A stretch of 64,000 nucleotides of DNA, from positions 1,922,001 through 1,986,000 of the forward strand of contig NIVC01000001.1 in NCBI GenBank assembly GCA_002269645.1, in the 5' to 3' direction. Source of the DNA: Macrostomum lignano (Eukaryota). Positions within the stretch are counted from its first letter, which is position 1. Every line of letters starts with the position of its first letter. The notes under the pieces were generated by a model that was given only the letters and a program-made list of their open reading frames with translations, ran no database searches and was not told the DNA's origin. Shown here in pieces: positions 47,023 to 59,483 of the stretch. Made by a program: the position numbers and the translations under genes.

Positions 47023-48639
47023 GGGGCCTAGATAGACCCTAGGCCTAAGCGTAGTTGTTTTTTCGAAGTAGGCCTAGCTTTAATTTTAGTAGAAAGGACG
47101 TTGTATTGTACTTGTACTTGTGCTTTAAATGTGCCTTACACATATGACGTTGTGTTGATGCTTAGGCCTATGATTACAAGATTTTTTTCTATAACTTTCA
47201 ATCAATGGTACTTGCACAAATATTTCACTCTGACAAAAATTGCAACTAACTGACTTAACAATTGCGTGAAAATAATACAGAAATTAGCAATAAAAAGAAA
47301 TAATATTTATAAACTTAAATTTGAATCAAGTAATAACAAAAACAAATAACTTTCCAAATTTATGCTAATTAAATAGAAAACGCTTTTCTTAAAACAATAT
47401 AAATTTAAAAAATTGTTTTATAGTAACTACTTATACTGGTATTTTGTGGCGCAACAACGATTTCTTAAGGGAGTGGAAGTTGTTGTCGAGCTTCGAAAAA
47501 TGAAGCAGAAATTAAATTTGCTTCGCTCGCTTATAAATAAACCTTTCCCACAGAACAAAGGTAAACAATGAACTTTTGTCATGGTTTTTATTCAGTTCCA
47601 TCATTAATTCACTTCAAAATACTATCATAATCGACTGTGTCAAAATGTCAATTTGTCACACCTAAATTTTCAGTTCATAAATCGAGTATAACTGTTTTTA
47701 TTTACTAAAATATACCCTTACGTATAAGAGCGCCCAGCAGGCGACGACGATATGCCCTATTCTGTCAATGACTATTACTTGTTTAATTTGCTTTTGCATT
47801 AATGCAGGTCCTGTGTGTATAAAAAGCCGTGTTAAGTAAAAGTGTGAAGGCGGCCGGTGGTTCTTGCATGGGTACGTTGATAAATAAAATAGAGAGCAAG
47901 AAAGGCCTCCAGGTTTCAAACATTTGAAGACGGCCAGTAGGGGCTTATTATTTTATACATTTTTTCCATGGATTATTACTTCCGGAGGCCAGTAGAATGT
48001 TCTAGTAAGATTTCGCTCGTGCGGGAATTCAGCTTACAAATTTGGAATATACGCTTGTATATTTATTTCGTGAATTTCTAAACTACAAGCAATTACTTCT
48101 ACATTATACAGTACATTTTTGCGACTGAATTCGTTACTTATAGCGTTTGATTTCGTCAAGCCATTATTCATTTGTATGATGAGCTCATGCAATGTACTGC
48201 ATGCACTGTATATGCTTTTGATTTTCACTTCTGGGATAATTTTTTCATGTTTCATCTTTTTAGGTCATAAATCAAGGAGGTTAACGTGTCTAGAGATTTT
48301 TCATTTTTCTTAAGCCTACATCCATCTACTCTAGTAAAGCGACGCTGCTACTATATATGTACATACTAAATATGGCACAGCTTGGCCGCTGCTCGATTTA
48401 TAGCTCACACAGCTGGAACATTCTCGATAAGCTGACGCAGAGGTTTCATGCTGTGTATATTTACATGTAATTAATAACAATTGAATAACCAATATAAATT
48501 TTGCGTAGCACCTATTATGGTGTAATCCATAAAATGAGCTTGATTAAAGACGGAACAAATTTAAATCCATGCATGCACGTACGATTCTTATACCGTATTA
48601 GTATAATTATATCTGACTTTGATGTCGGTGTGAGGAGGG

Positions 48640-49386
48640 CAGGGGCGTAGCCAGAGGGGGGGGGCAAGGGGGGCCGTCCCCCCCCCCAATCACCAACTCT
48701 GGCCTTGGCCCCCCCCCTAAAAGAAACTGGTGCCCCCGGCCCCTCCTAAAAGAAACTGGCGCCCCCCTATAAGAAACTGGCGCCCCCCCCCCTAAAAGAA
48801 ACTGGTGCCCCGGCCCCTCCTAAAAGAAACTGGCGCCCCCCCCCCTATAAGAAACTGGCGCCCCCCCCCTATAAGAAACTGGCGCCCCCCCCCCCTAAAA
48901 GAAACTGGTGCCCCGGCCCCTCCTAAAAGAAACTGGCGCCCCCCTATAAGAAACTGGCGCCCCCCCCCCCCCTAAAAGAAACTGGTGCCCCCGGCCCCTC
49001 CTAAAAGAAACTGGCGCCCCCCCCCCTATAAGAAACTGGCGCCCCCCCCCCTAAAAGAAACTGGTGCCCCGGCCCCTCCTAAAAGAAACTGGCGCCCCCC
49101 CTATAAGAAACTGGCGCCCCCCCCCTAAAAGAAACTGGTGCCCCCGGCCCCTCCTAAAAGAAACTGGCGCCCCCTATAAGAAACTGGCGCCCCCCCCCCC
49201 CTAAAAGAAACTGGTGCCCCCGGCCCCTCCTAAAAGAAACTGGCGCCCCCTCCCTATAAGAAACTGCCCCCCCCCCTAAAAGAAACTGGTGCCCCCCCCC
49301 TAAAAGAAACTGGCGCTCCCCTATAAAAAGCTGGCGCCCCCTAACTCACGCCCCCCCCCCAATCAAAATTCCTGGCTACGCCCCTG
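48640..49386. mobile_element. hAT-type non-autonomous element, TIR CAGGGGCGTAGCCAG, 8-bp TSD GAGGAGGG, filled with internal tandem repeats
   Basis: 15-bp perfect inverted termini, TSD at 48632-48639 and 49387-49394, interior of repeated CCCC(C)TA(A/T)AAGAAACTGG(C/T)GCCCC units. Confidence 0.9.
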
Positions 49387-52188
49387 GAGGAGGGGGTCTA
49401 TGAATCTTTTCTAGCAGAAAATCTTTTGGCCAAAATAAATCAGCAGCTATGGTTCATATCGAAGTGGCTGAAATGGCTGACAGTCAACTGCATGTATTTT
49501 AGCTACAATGTATTGCAGCACATCGCATCAATTTTGTAGCGTAGTCGTGTCCAATCGAGCGGGTGAAATTAGCATATTTTCGCGCAATAATCATCAATAA
49601 TAATCAATAGTCGTAATCGAATTCGAGCTGTCACTGCAGTAACCATGCGGGCATTTAAACTCATATCTCATACACAGCTAGGGAAATTATCCAACACATG
49701 GCACACATACGACAGTTAGAACCAGGGCGAACTTAATCTGGGGTTTAGTAATCATACGAACTAGCAAACATGTATTCTACATGTGTATGAGCTATATCCC
49801 CTGCTTAGGGAATATCATCGCTACAAAAGATCGAGTCACGACGCCAACCAACTGCGCTGTGAACAGAATTAGCCTCAGTAGCCAGTTTGAGCCACTGCGA
49901 GAGCAAATTTCAGTGCAATGCTATTGGCGGTCTTTCGTTTGCTGGGCATCAAAGTGGGACGACAATTGTCTATGGCTTTATTTGCCCGCTAGCATCTTAG
50001 TAACAATGGAGACGCCTTTGACCCTAGACATAAATAATCGGGGCAAAGGGTATTTTTCCTACACTTGGTACGAGAAGTCAAACATGTATAGTCTATGGCC
50101 AAAGTTAACTGGATGTCTCTGCCCTACCTTGGAAAGGCTGTATTTAAATCGTTTGTTTGCTTGGAATTAATCCAACCATAACAACCATAAAAATATACTT
50201 ACAGTATTGAGCTATATACAGCTTGCTATGTCGATCAGAAAGAACGGGTCAAGTTGGAGAAAATACTTTATCTCCTGTTGATTATTTTGGCTATAGCCAA
50301 AATTTGTCTTCCTACGGCCATAGACAAATGAATGAAATGGAAGATGTTTTAAAGTTATTGCCCAGTGCAAATAACTGAAGGCATGTGGGACTTTGACTTA
50401 AACGCCCATGGCAAGTTGGTAAGACTTGATCTAAAGAAATAATCAAATTCTTTAAACAGTGGATGTAGTATAGTGTGGCTTGAAATTTTAAAACGGAGAA
50501 GAAGCAGAATGAAGTCGAAAAGAAGATTGAGAGAATTCGAAAACTATGCTCGGGGGCTAGCTAGCACGCAGCTAAAGTTTCAAAAGATCTTTCAAAGCAA
50601 AAAACTCGAGTTATAATGAGTCTTAATTATTATCATGGCTTCAGCTGCGACGCAGAGCATGACCAAATAAAGTAATCGAAAAAAACAGTCCGCATGATTA
50701 AAGGTTGACAGCTGAGCTTTGATTAGACGTTTTCGTGCGAATACGGGCATGTTAGCATAGTTCCAACCAAAGCGAGCGCGCGTAGCTGTAGCCCTGACAA
50801 TTAGCTCTGCTGAAACTTTATTAAAGGAGAGTTTTCGACACTTCTGACTCTTTTGAGCTGTGGGATGCGCTTAAAATTGTCTGCTTTTGGGGGTAAGATG
50901 CTTGAAGCCCGCTTAGTGACCTTGTGTTGACTTATAGTCTTTGCACGTACGCATTGCTCCCCTATTTTCTATCTATCCTCATTACACTACTTATAATGCT
51001 GCGCCTTTGTCCATGTGGCTCTCAAATGGACATTATGCACTCGTAGTTGAGCAAGTAAGTCATTTTTCAAGAGTGTATCCAAGATGACTGTGACTCAAGT
51101 GCTCTCCGTTCGCCACCATAATAACGATAAGATAACCTTTTGCTTAGTTGCAAAGCAAGTTAGAACTTTTCAGATTTCATGGCAAGAGTATCTCTGGCAC
51201 GCTTGCACAAAAAATCGACATATGAGCTCTTGACCTGAATGCCGGATCTTCTGATGAGGATCCGTGCATGTGGTCAGTTTACAAGCCGGACGAAAGTTGA
51301 ATATTGCGGAACTGTCACTGACTCTGCATCCACCTCTTGTCCCCCTCGCTGCACAGGATGTTAACTCCCAGCGAGTTTCATGCACATTAACAAGGCATGA
51401 CTTCCTTGCCATTTCACCTATACGCATTGACAATAGCACGGTGAAAGTATATTCATCACAATCGTCTTTTACAATGGAGAAACAACTTCCAATGCTCGCG
51501 GGATTAAGGCTCTTACCGATTCTCTTCATAATGAAGTAGATGAAAAGTTATTACTTAGTGTTAGACCCTTTTGTGACCTGGCATGCAAAAGAGGATGATG
51601 GGATGCAGAAGTTTCGTGAGTTAGATCCCTTCCCTATATGTCGCTAGGCTCAACTCTTTTATTAGCGAATTTCTCTCAGATAATTTGATGCTAACAAGAG
51701 CCAGTGGTGGCGCGCATGCAAATACAATGGAAGTTGCATTTGTAATTTTTTTAATCAAGCATTATCAGATTCTGTTTGGACAAATAAAAATCAATGGGTC
51801 AATGGGTCATTCCCATCTGGGCTACTGAACGCAAAACGCTGGGTTATAATCTCGAATGAATTGATTTCTAATTAGCATAGAAAGTGATTTTTTCGAGCAT
51901 TTAAGAACAAATCGAAAATTAAAATATTTAGACATTACACGTAGATGAGGCTGCGATAATCGAATAACATCGAATAAACCAAAGGCGCTTCAAGATACGA
52001 TATTCTTATTAGTAACTTTAGATTTTTTCAGTAACTAAGAGTGTAAAGGTATCCGGAAAGGCGGAACTTTTCGCAGCTACCGAGCAACTATACCAGTATG
52101 CTCTATATCGTAGGTAGTTTCCCATGAACTATTGAGTGCAATTTATCACTGAAGCGCCTTAGTAGGCAAATTCGCGTGTCCCAAATTC

Positions 52189-54462
52189 GGGAGTATGAAC
52201 TTTGCTTGCAGGAATTTTGCTTGCCGAGCTTTGCTTGCCGAGCTTTGCTTGCCGAACTTTGCTTGCGGGACTTTTGCTTGCCGAACTTTGCTTGCCGAAA
52301 TTTGCTTGCCGAGCTTTGCTTGCCGAGCTTTGCTTGCCGAGCTTTGCTTGCCGAAATTTGCTTGCCGAGCTTTGCTTGCCGAGCTTTGCTTGCGGAAATT
52401 TGCTTGCAGGAACTTTGCTTGCCGAACTTTGCTTGCCGAGCTTTGCTTGCCGAACTTTGCTTGCCGAGCTTTGCTTGCCGAACTTTGCTTGCCGAGCTTT
52501 GCTTGCCGAGCTTTGCTTGCCGAACTTTGCTTGCCGAGCTTTGCTTGCCGAACTTTGCTTGCCGAACTTTGCTTGGAGGAAATTTGCTTGCCGAACTTTG
52601 CTTGCCGAGCTTTGCTTGGAGGAAATTTGCTTGCAGGAACTTTGCTTGCCGAGCTTTGCTTGCCGAGCTTTGCTTGCCGAGCTTTGCTTGCCGAGCTTTG
52701 CTTGCCGAGCTTTGCTTGCCGAGCTTTGCTTGCCGAACTTTGCTTGCCGAGCTTTGCTTGCCGAACTTTGCTTGCCGAGCTTTGCTTGCCGAACTTTGCT
52801 TGCCGAGCTTTGCTTGGAGGAAATTTGCTTGCCGAACTTTGCTTGCCGAGCTTTGCTTGGAGGAAATTTGCTTGCAGGAACTTTGCTTGCCGAACTTTGC
52901 TTGCCGAGCTTTGCTTGCCGAGCTTTGCTTGCCGAACTTTGCTTGCCGAGCTTTGCTTGCCGAGCTTTGCTTGCCGAGCTTTGCTTGCGGAAATTTGCTT
53001 GCAGGAACTTTGCTTGCCGAACTTTGCTTGCCGAGCTTTGCTTGCCGAACTTTGCTTGCCGAGCTTTGCTTGCCGAACTTTGCTTGCCGAGCTTTGCTTG
53101 CCGAACTTTGCTTGCCGAACTTTGCTTGCCGAGCTTTGCTTGCCGAGCTTTGCTTGCCGAACTTTGCTTGCCGAGCTTTGCTTGCAGGAGCTTTGCTTGC
53201 CGAACTTTGCTTGCCGAACTTTGCTTGCCGAGCTTTGCTTGCAGGAGCTTTGCTTGCCGAACTTTGCTTGCCGAGCTTTGCTTGCCGAGCTTTGCTTGCC
53301 GAACTTTGCTTGCCGAGCTTTGCTTGCCGAGCTTTGCTTGCCGAACTTTGCTTGCCGAACTTTGCTTGCCGAGCTTTGCTTGCCGAACTTTGCTTGCCGA
53401 GCTTTGCTTGCCGAGCTTTGCTTGCCGAGCTTTGCTTGCCGAGCTTTGCTTGCTGAGCTTTGCTTGCCGAACTTTGCTTGCCGAACTTTGCTTGCCGAGC
53501 TTTGCTTGCCGAGCTTTGCTTGCCGAGCTTTGCTTGCCGAGCTTTGCTTGCCGAGCTTTGCTTGCCGAGCTTTGCTTGCCGAACTTTGCTTGCCGAGCTT
53601 TGCTTGCCGAGCTTTGCTTGCCGAACTTTGCTTGCCGAACTTTGCTTGCCGAGCTTTGCTTGCCGAGCTTTGCTTGCCGAGCTTTGCTTGCCGAGCTTTG
53701 CTTGCCGAGCTTTGCTTGCCGAGCTTTGCTTGCCGAACTTTGCTTGCCGAGCTTTGCTTGCCGAGCTTTGCTTGCCGAGCTTTGCTTGCCGAGCTTTGCT
53801 TGCCGAGCTTTGCTTGCCGAACTTTGCTTGCCGAACTTTGCTCGCGGAATTTTGATGTCTGCTTCCTAGAAATTCGCAATCACAATTGCAAGATTTCAAC
53901 TTACCGAATTATTTTCTTGTCTGCTTGCTTGTTTTGATTGCTTGTGAAGTTGGTCAGTCAATTATTACTTACTACAGATGCTTTGCAAGTGGATTCTTAT
54001 CAGCGCCGACGTAAACTGACTTGACACTGGTTTTCAAACTAGGCTTATAGAGTTTCATTCTAAGAATTTAGTATATTGAATGATTTACATTGATGTACAA
54101 TGAACGTTCATTTCAAAAAATCTATTCTGTACATTTCGCTGCCTAAATCATTCGATATGTGCATTGTTCGAAATTGTGTCCAATTTTTGTTGAAAATATA
54201 TTCCCAGTAAAAAACTAAATTATTCCATTTCTGCATCAGGGCTTTTCAAATCCGCCATATCCTCATACAAAATCATAACAATATAGGCGACTTCCACGAA
54301 TCTTAGAAAAAAAATTAGAAATACAAGAGCTCAATAATAGGTTCTTTAAGGTTCTGCAAGAAAACTGTGGCTGGCAAAGTTCGGCAAGCAAAATTTCTGC
54401 AAGCAAATTTCGGCAAGCAAAAGTCCCGCAGGCAAACTTCGGCAAGCAAATTTCATAGACCC
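52189..54462. mobile_element. Foldback/Mutator-like non-autonomous element with repeat-built, asymmetric inverted arms
   Basis: Left end GGGAGTATGAACTTTGCTTGC matches the reverse complement of the right end GGGTCTATGAAATTTGCTTGC. The left arm has a ~1.65-kb 14-mer array and the right arm (about 54372-54462) about six inverted units. Imperfect flanking repeat CCCAAATTC / CCCAATTC. Confidence 0.65.
52198..53845. repeat. 14-bp satellite (TTTGCTTGCCGA(G/A)C) forming the left arm of the foldback-like element
   Basis: More than 110 copies with recurrent variants (GGAGGAAA, GCAGGAAC). Stop-poor in all frames, which produces the ~580-aa artefactual ORFs. Confidence 0.95.
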
Positions 54463-56036
54463 CCCCCCAATTCCTACCGCGCCCTTCACTGATCTCTCTA
54501 TATAGGCCGTTCGCTGGAAGAAAATTTTCGAATTTTGAATGATAATTAGGTCGAATAGTTTGGATTCAATTTTGCTCGGGCTAGCGTTCTTTTTAAAAAA
54601 AGCTTTCGAGTTGTTTCAATTAATAAAGGCTTAAATAAGGCGCTAAACTAAAGCCAATCAAATTGACTTTTAGCTACTGCAACCTACAGAAGAGAACTCT
54701 CCAGCAAAAGCTTTGATACCAAACTCTGCTCTTGGCTGGCCATTCAGTCTAGTGTTTGTCCTTAACCAATAACAAGTGTGAATAAAATAACAGGCTGGCA
54801 CAGCAGCTTGAAGCTGACTTCTCCGCGTGATATAATTGATTGATTTTTTGCTGAGCCACACTGCAAGATAAATATTTAACAAGAGCGACATCGGGGAGAG
54901 CTTCGGAGAGCGACTCTCGGCTCTCAGCCAATTTCTCAAGCTGGAATAGAGCGAAAGTTAAAAGTTACTGCTCGCGAATCTGTAACACTGTAGCATCGTA
55001 CGAGTAAAACGTAAGGGCCACTGTTAAAACAGTGCTAAAAGACGGAACGACAATATAGCGTCTAGGCTCGCAAAGTGATTGGTATATGGGGGCAAAGCAC
55101 TACTGACTAGGCTAACTGCAGTGCACGAAAGAAGCATCATACAGACGACGAGCTACACAGCGTGGAATGCATTAAAAATTCGACGAATGCACAAAAGAAA
55201 TCGACACTGCAATTAATTAACTCAGACAGCGGGGTGGGGACGACACATATCAGTAGCAAAAAAAGCCTTTACGCGTCAGCCTGGTACTCAACGAAATTAC
55301 AATACTTTCAGGCTCATGCAATGGACTAAGCAGCATTGCTACTAGCCAAAACATCAAAATCATGTTTTAATATTAAATTTTGTTTACAAGTAAAAATTTA
55401 TTGTTTAACGCGGAAAAGTGAGGTAGCTACTGAGAGTAACAAACACATTTTAAATATTAGTCAGAGCAAACCAACAAGCATGCATGATCCCAGCCCTTTA
55501 AAACTCTGAACCGCTGCATGCTCGGAAATTGTTTACAGCATACACGATATCCCGTCTGGGCTTGTAAATCTTATTCTGCGCGTAGTTACCAACAGTTGAC
55601 AGAAGAGCCGGCTCCGATACCAGAAGAGCATATCAACTCGCTGTGGGGTCTTGGCAGCATAAGAGCATGCGTAATGGAGTCGGAAAAAATCGTTAAGTCT
55701 TAGGGCTTCAGACAGACATCCAGATCAATATACCCACTCCTAAAATTTATAGACTGACAATTCATGTAGCTAACAGTCGTGAGCTGAAGTGGAGAGCGAA
55801 AACAGACCTTAAACCACTCCACGCTTCCATGCACTGTATTGCTCAACAAGGCTGTTAGGAGCTATTAAAAAACTTATGTGCTTTTTAAGTCCTCATGCAA
55901 ATGGAGTATAGCATGCACAGTATACGCTTGGTTCACACCGCAATCAAACGGGACCAAAGTTTGTCACCAAGCAAATTTGTGAACACCAATCCGTGTGATT
56001 TGATAACAATCAGTTGACGGTGTTGTGAACGAGCCT

Positions 56037-57337
56037 TTACAACTCATTGGGCGCAGTCGCGGCCATGGCTGTATCCGCGACGGCAGTTGTCGGAACGGCG
56101 GCAGTTGTCAGGATGAGGCGACGCTGGCAGAGCTCCAGCCGCTCGGCCGGCGCGGCAGCCGCTGCTGCCCGATTGTTCACCTGCCGATGACAGCAGCGGA
56201 AACTTCGGTGCAATGCCTCGCTGAATTGGCGGTTCGCGAAACTATAGATGAGGCAGTTCAGGGTGGAGTCCACGCACACGAGCAGGTTGGCGATGTAGCC
56301 CAGCATGTGCAGATTTTCGCGCATTGTGTCAACAACCTTTGCCATTGTGGCCGTCTCGCATAGAAGAAATGCAACGCACAGCAGTGCAACCATCCTGGTG
56401 CAGCTAGCTGCCTGCTGCTGATGCTGCTGGTGACGGGACGAATCCAAAACAACGGAGGCAGCTGGTGCCGTCAGGCTTCGCCGCCTGGCGTCCTGACGCT
56501 TGACGCGCACGCAAAGAACGGTGCTGAAATAGACGAGCAGTGCGAAGGGCCCAGCGCTCTGCGCTAAAAACAGCACAATGCCCTGGTAAGCTACTTGGTA
56601 GACGAGATGCTCATTCAGGTAGCCGGCGATGTGAGTCACCTGGTTTTTTATGAAAAAAGAGATACTAATATAGAAAATCTATCAAACCTATAGTTCATGA
56701 AAAGACTATCAACTAGCAACTCTGTCCAGTCTCCAACTGAAATTTCACATACCTGAAGCCTCGGAGCGCAGGTAATAACGCTAAACTCAAAGCAACGGGG
56801 CAGAGACACCAGTAGACAGGCGATCACAAAACAGGCAGCTTTCGGCTTCACCGGCCGACTTAGCAGCCAGCCTTTGCCGGAGCGCAGGCCGGAAGTTGTC
56901 CTGTGCCTGTAGTAGCTGATAAGCACCACCAGCCAGTTCCGCATGAGATGCAGCACGGTGGCCGAGTACATTGTGGCGCTCATGCAGCCGGCTACCAGCA
57001 GAGCGGCAGACAGGCTGGGCAGTCGGAGCATGTTGCTCTCCATCAGGTAGAGCATCAGGTGCAGCCAGGCGAACACCAGCTGGAACAAGGCGTCGCTTCC
57101 AGAGAGGCAGGCAAGAATGCGATGAAAGTCGTTGCTTCCCCGGCGGTTCAGCGAGCGAAACACGGCAAAACAGACGCTGTTGAGAATGAAGTTAACCGCC
57201 GGCAGGACTATCATGATCACTTTGTAGGCGCGAAGGCCGGGAATGCCGTCGAGATGTTCCAGGTTGGATTGGCTGACGTTCTCGCACTCGTCGGTGGCAT
57301 TGGACACAATCAGCAGACGCGAGAGAAAGGATGACAT
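56037..57337 (-). CDS. Divergent class A (rhodopsin-like) GPCR, FMRFamide/peptide-receptor-like orphan; exons 57337-56753, 56639-56037
   Basis: Seven hydrophobic segments, TM1 N (NFILNSVCF), TM2 LSGSD, TM4 SLPRCFE, TM5 GPFALLVYFS, TM6 TRMVALLCVAFLLCE, TM7 DSTLNCLIYS..NRQF. Joined in frame by CAG|gtatgt...cag|GTG (113-nt intron). Confidence 0.85.
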
Positions 57338-58869
57338 TGCTGTTGTTTTGCTGAAGAGCGTTTGATATTAATTTCGTAAATTGGGAAACACGCCAACAGA
57401 AAGAGGTTCGCAGCAGTCTGTCCAAGTTGCGATTCCCACTATATATAGTCACGCAGCAGGCACATTGCCGACACTCTTGGCCTCGCCACTCTCTAGATTC
57501 CATGCTTGCCGATTGCCCTCAAGGGAGCTTGGAATCAGTCAGCCAATAGGAGCGAGCTGGAAACATTCACATTTTGCTGCCCTTGCCGCGCAGTTGCCTT
57601 GCAAAAACGGAAAATAAGCCGAAAGAATATAAAACCCAAGAGAGGGATGGAGAACTGCGATAGGACACGCTGTTGCCGTATATATGAAGCTAAGTGCGTG
57701 GCAACAAAAATTTGCGGGAGATGAACACGCCAGCGGCAGGTTTCCTGTACGACTCTGCTGCTTAGTTCTGTGGAGGTCAAATCATGCACTGTACACTGCT
57801 TTTCCCATGCACTAATGGTCAGTGCGCCAACAAGCAGCGCAAGGAATCTTATAACACATTGTGGAACCACATATGCGAAAAAGATAGGCTGGATTAATAA
57901 AACAAACTAGAGAAGTAAAAGTACGTTAAAACTGCACCAGAGCGATGTCCTCTATGAACCAACAGCAGTAGGCCACTGGACAGCCCAGCCCGTTTGCCTG
58001 TCACCAATTTCTGACATTTGGAATCTAGCCAAGATTGGCTGCAGCTGTGAAAGCTGTCATTTTCGATTTCTAAAGAATTGCCATGTCAACCGTAAGGGGG
58101 ACTTTATGGGTAAAATTAGCTTATCCAAAAGAATTGAAGTCCTACACATACATGTACGCGCACGTAGTCCACCAGCACCAGCCCATGCGACCTGGTTCAC
58201 CACGCTAGCAGACCTTCCGAAATTCGGTCGCCGGTCAGGTAGATAAAGTCTTCCACTCAACTTATCTGTAGGTGTCTTTTTCCGTGCACCCCCCGAAGTC
58301 AAAACCGATAAGGGGCATCCCAGGGGCTGGTGCAGGTAGAGTTAATCACTTTGGTTTATGATGAATTTCTTCTGACAAAAATTTTGGCCATTTTGCAGGT
58401 GAACAGTCCAATAGATATGATGTACATTTACCAGAGGAACCAACTTACTTATGCCAGACTGGAGACCTACCTACAATGATTTTTTAAGACCGGTAGTTAT
58501 CGAAGAAGTATTCCGTCGCAATTCTGGTGCGGCAAATCCATGCCTCAACTTATCAATTGATTAATTGATTGGACCATGGACTCCACTTTGCCATTTGCGG
58601 TTCACTGTGATTTCATGTACAAGCTAGATTCTAACTCCTCATAATCCTACGAGACGGAATTGGAAAGATTAAGTAAACAAAAGAGTATGGCTGTCAAATG
58701 TAAGCCTATTTACTAGATCGCCGTACTTTTCCTATTAGATTAATATTGTACTTCAGCAACTAGACTAGCTACTCGCAGTACTACATGCATAGAGCAAAAT
58801 GCAGGAAAAATTTAAATCTTTCCGACGAAAAAGTAGTCCAAAATTGGTCTCAGTTAATAAAGTATGGAT

Positions 58870-58960
58870 GGCCTAGCGTTGCTCAAGGACACAGATTGTT
58901 CCAGTTGGGATCGGGGATCGAACCTCCGACCTTCAAGTCGAGCGTCCGACGCTCTAATCT
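58870..58960 (-). mobile_element. tRNA-derived SINE fragment with CORE-like motif
   Basis: Minus strand reads TTAGAGCGTCGGAC..GAAGGTCGGAGGTTCGATCCCCG (B box) followed by TGTGTCCTTGAGCAA, resembling the CORE-SINE motif. No complete cloverleaf. Confidence 0.65.
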
Positions 58961-59483
58961 AAAAGTCTTAGTTTAGTCACTTCACAATAGTTTTAAGTTA
59001 CAAAGCCAAGTTAGGAGACACGGTGTGCAGTGTAAGCCGTAATAATTTGGAATTGAATCCTGAGATTCGTCATCATCCTGATTAGAAAGAAAGAAAGTAC
59101 GCAAATACGAGCTGAGTGACGGACTTCTCTGTGTGCATTGGCGCTTTCTATCTCAGAAATTATCGGTGTCCGTTCTATAATTTGACCATGAAGTTCGAAC
59201 TCTGGTGAAAGCTGTGCAGTCTGTGCCTAGACACATATTGTATTGAGCGGAAACACTAGACAGGTTTCCTTCCGTATTTATCTGCTTGCAAGCCTAATGA
59301 ACTACTCAATAGTAGTATTCTGTATACCCTGTTCGCCTAAAATCCCTAAATAACATCCCTTGGAATCGACATGATTTGAATAGTTTTCCAATCAGCCAAT
59401 AAGGCGACAGGAATGAGCTGGTATTTTTTTATGAATTGGCTACATTTGCTGAGCAATCTCGGCTATCTTGAGCAGGAGAACAA

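Larger units (their letters stand above)
43740..47530 (-). promoter_or_regulatory. Probable 5' region (first intron/outron and promoter) of CCAR1
   Basis: Splice-acceptor-like TTATTCGACAG just upstream of the ATG, a 3.5-kb AT-rich CpG-poor stretch, TAGGCCTA cluster at 46285-47170, CpG returns at about 47450. Confidence 0.4.

Noticed and set aside
51240-51375. Hammerhead-like CTGATGAG...CCGGACGAAA
   Set aside because: Stem II needs a bulge, no stem I partner was found, and CTGATG sits in the loop of a competing GGATC/GATCC hairpin.
49781-51539. Short ORFs (129, 119 and 91 aa) in the region between the two transposons
   Set aside because: No recognisable motifs or splice pattern; possibly decayed TE, but not supportable without a database search.
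52103-53937. Overlapping ORFs of up to 598 aa on both strands
   Set aside because: They are translations of a 14-bp repeat that contains no stop codon; no domain content.
56640-56688. Alternative 48-nt GPCR intron using AG|GTTTGA at 56688
   Set aside because: Phase mismatch creates an immediate stop; the CAG|GTATGT donor at 56753 is in frame.
58870-58960. Functional tRNA gene
   Set aside because: Has a B box but no acceptor stem or complete cloverleaf and continues into a SINE-type body.
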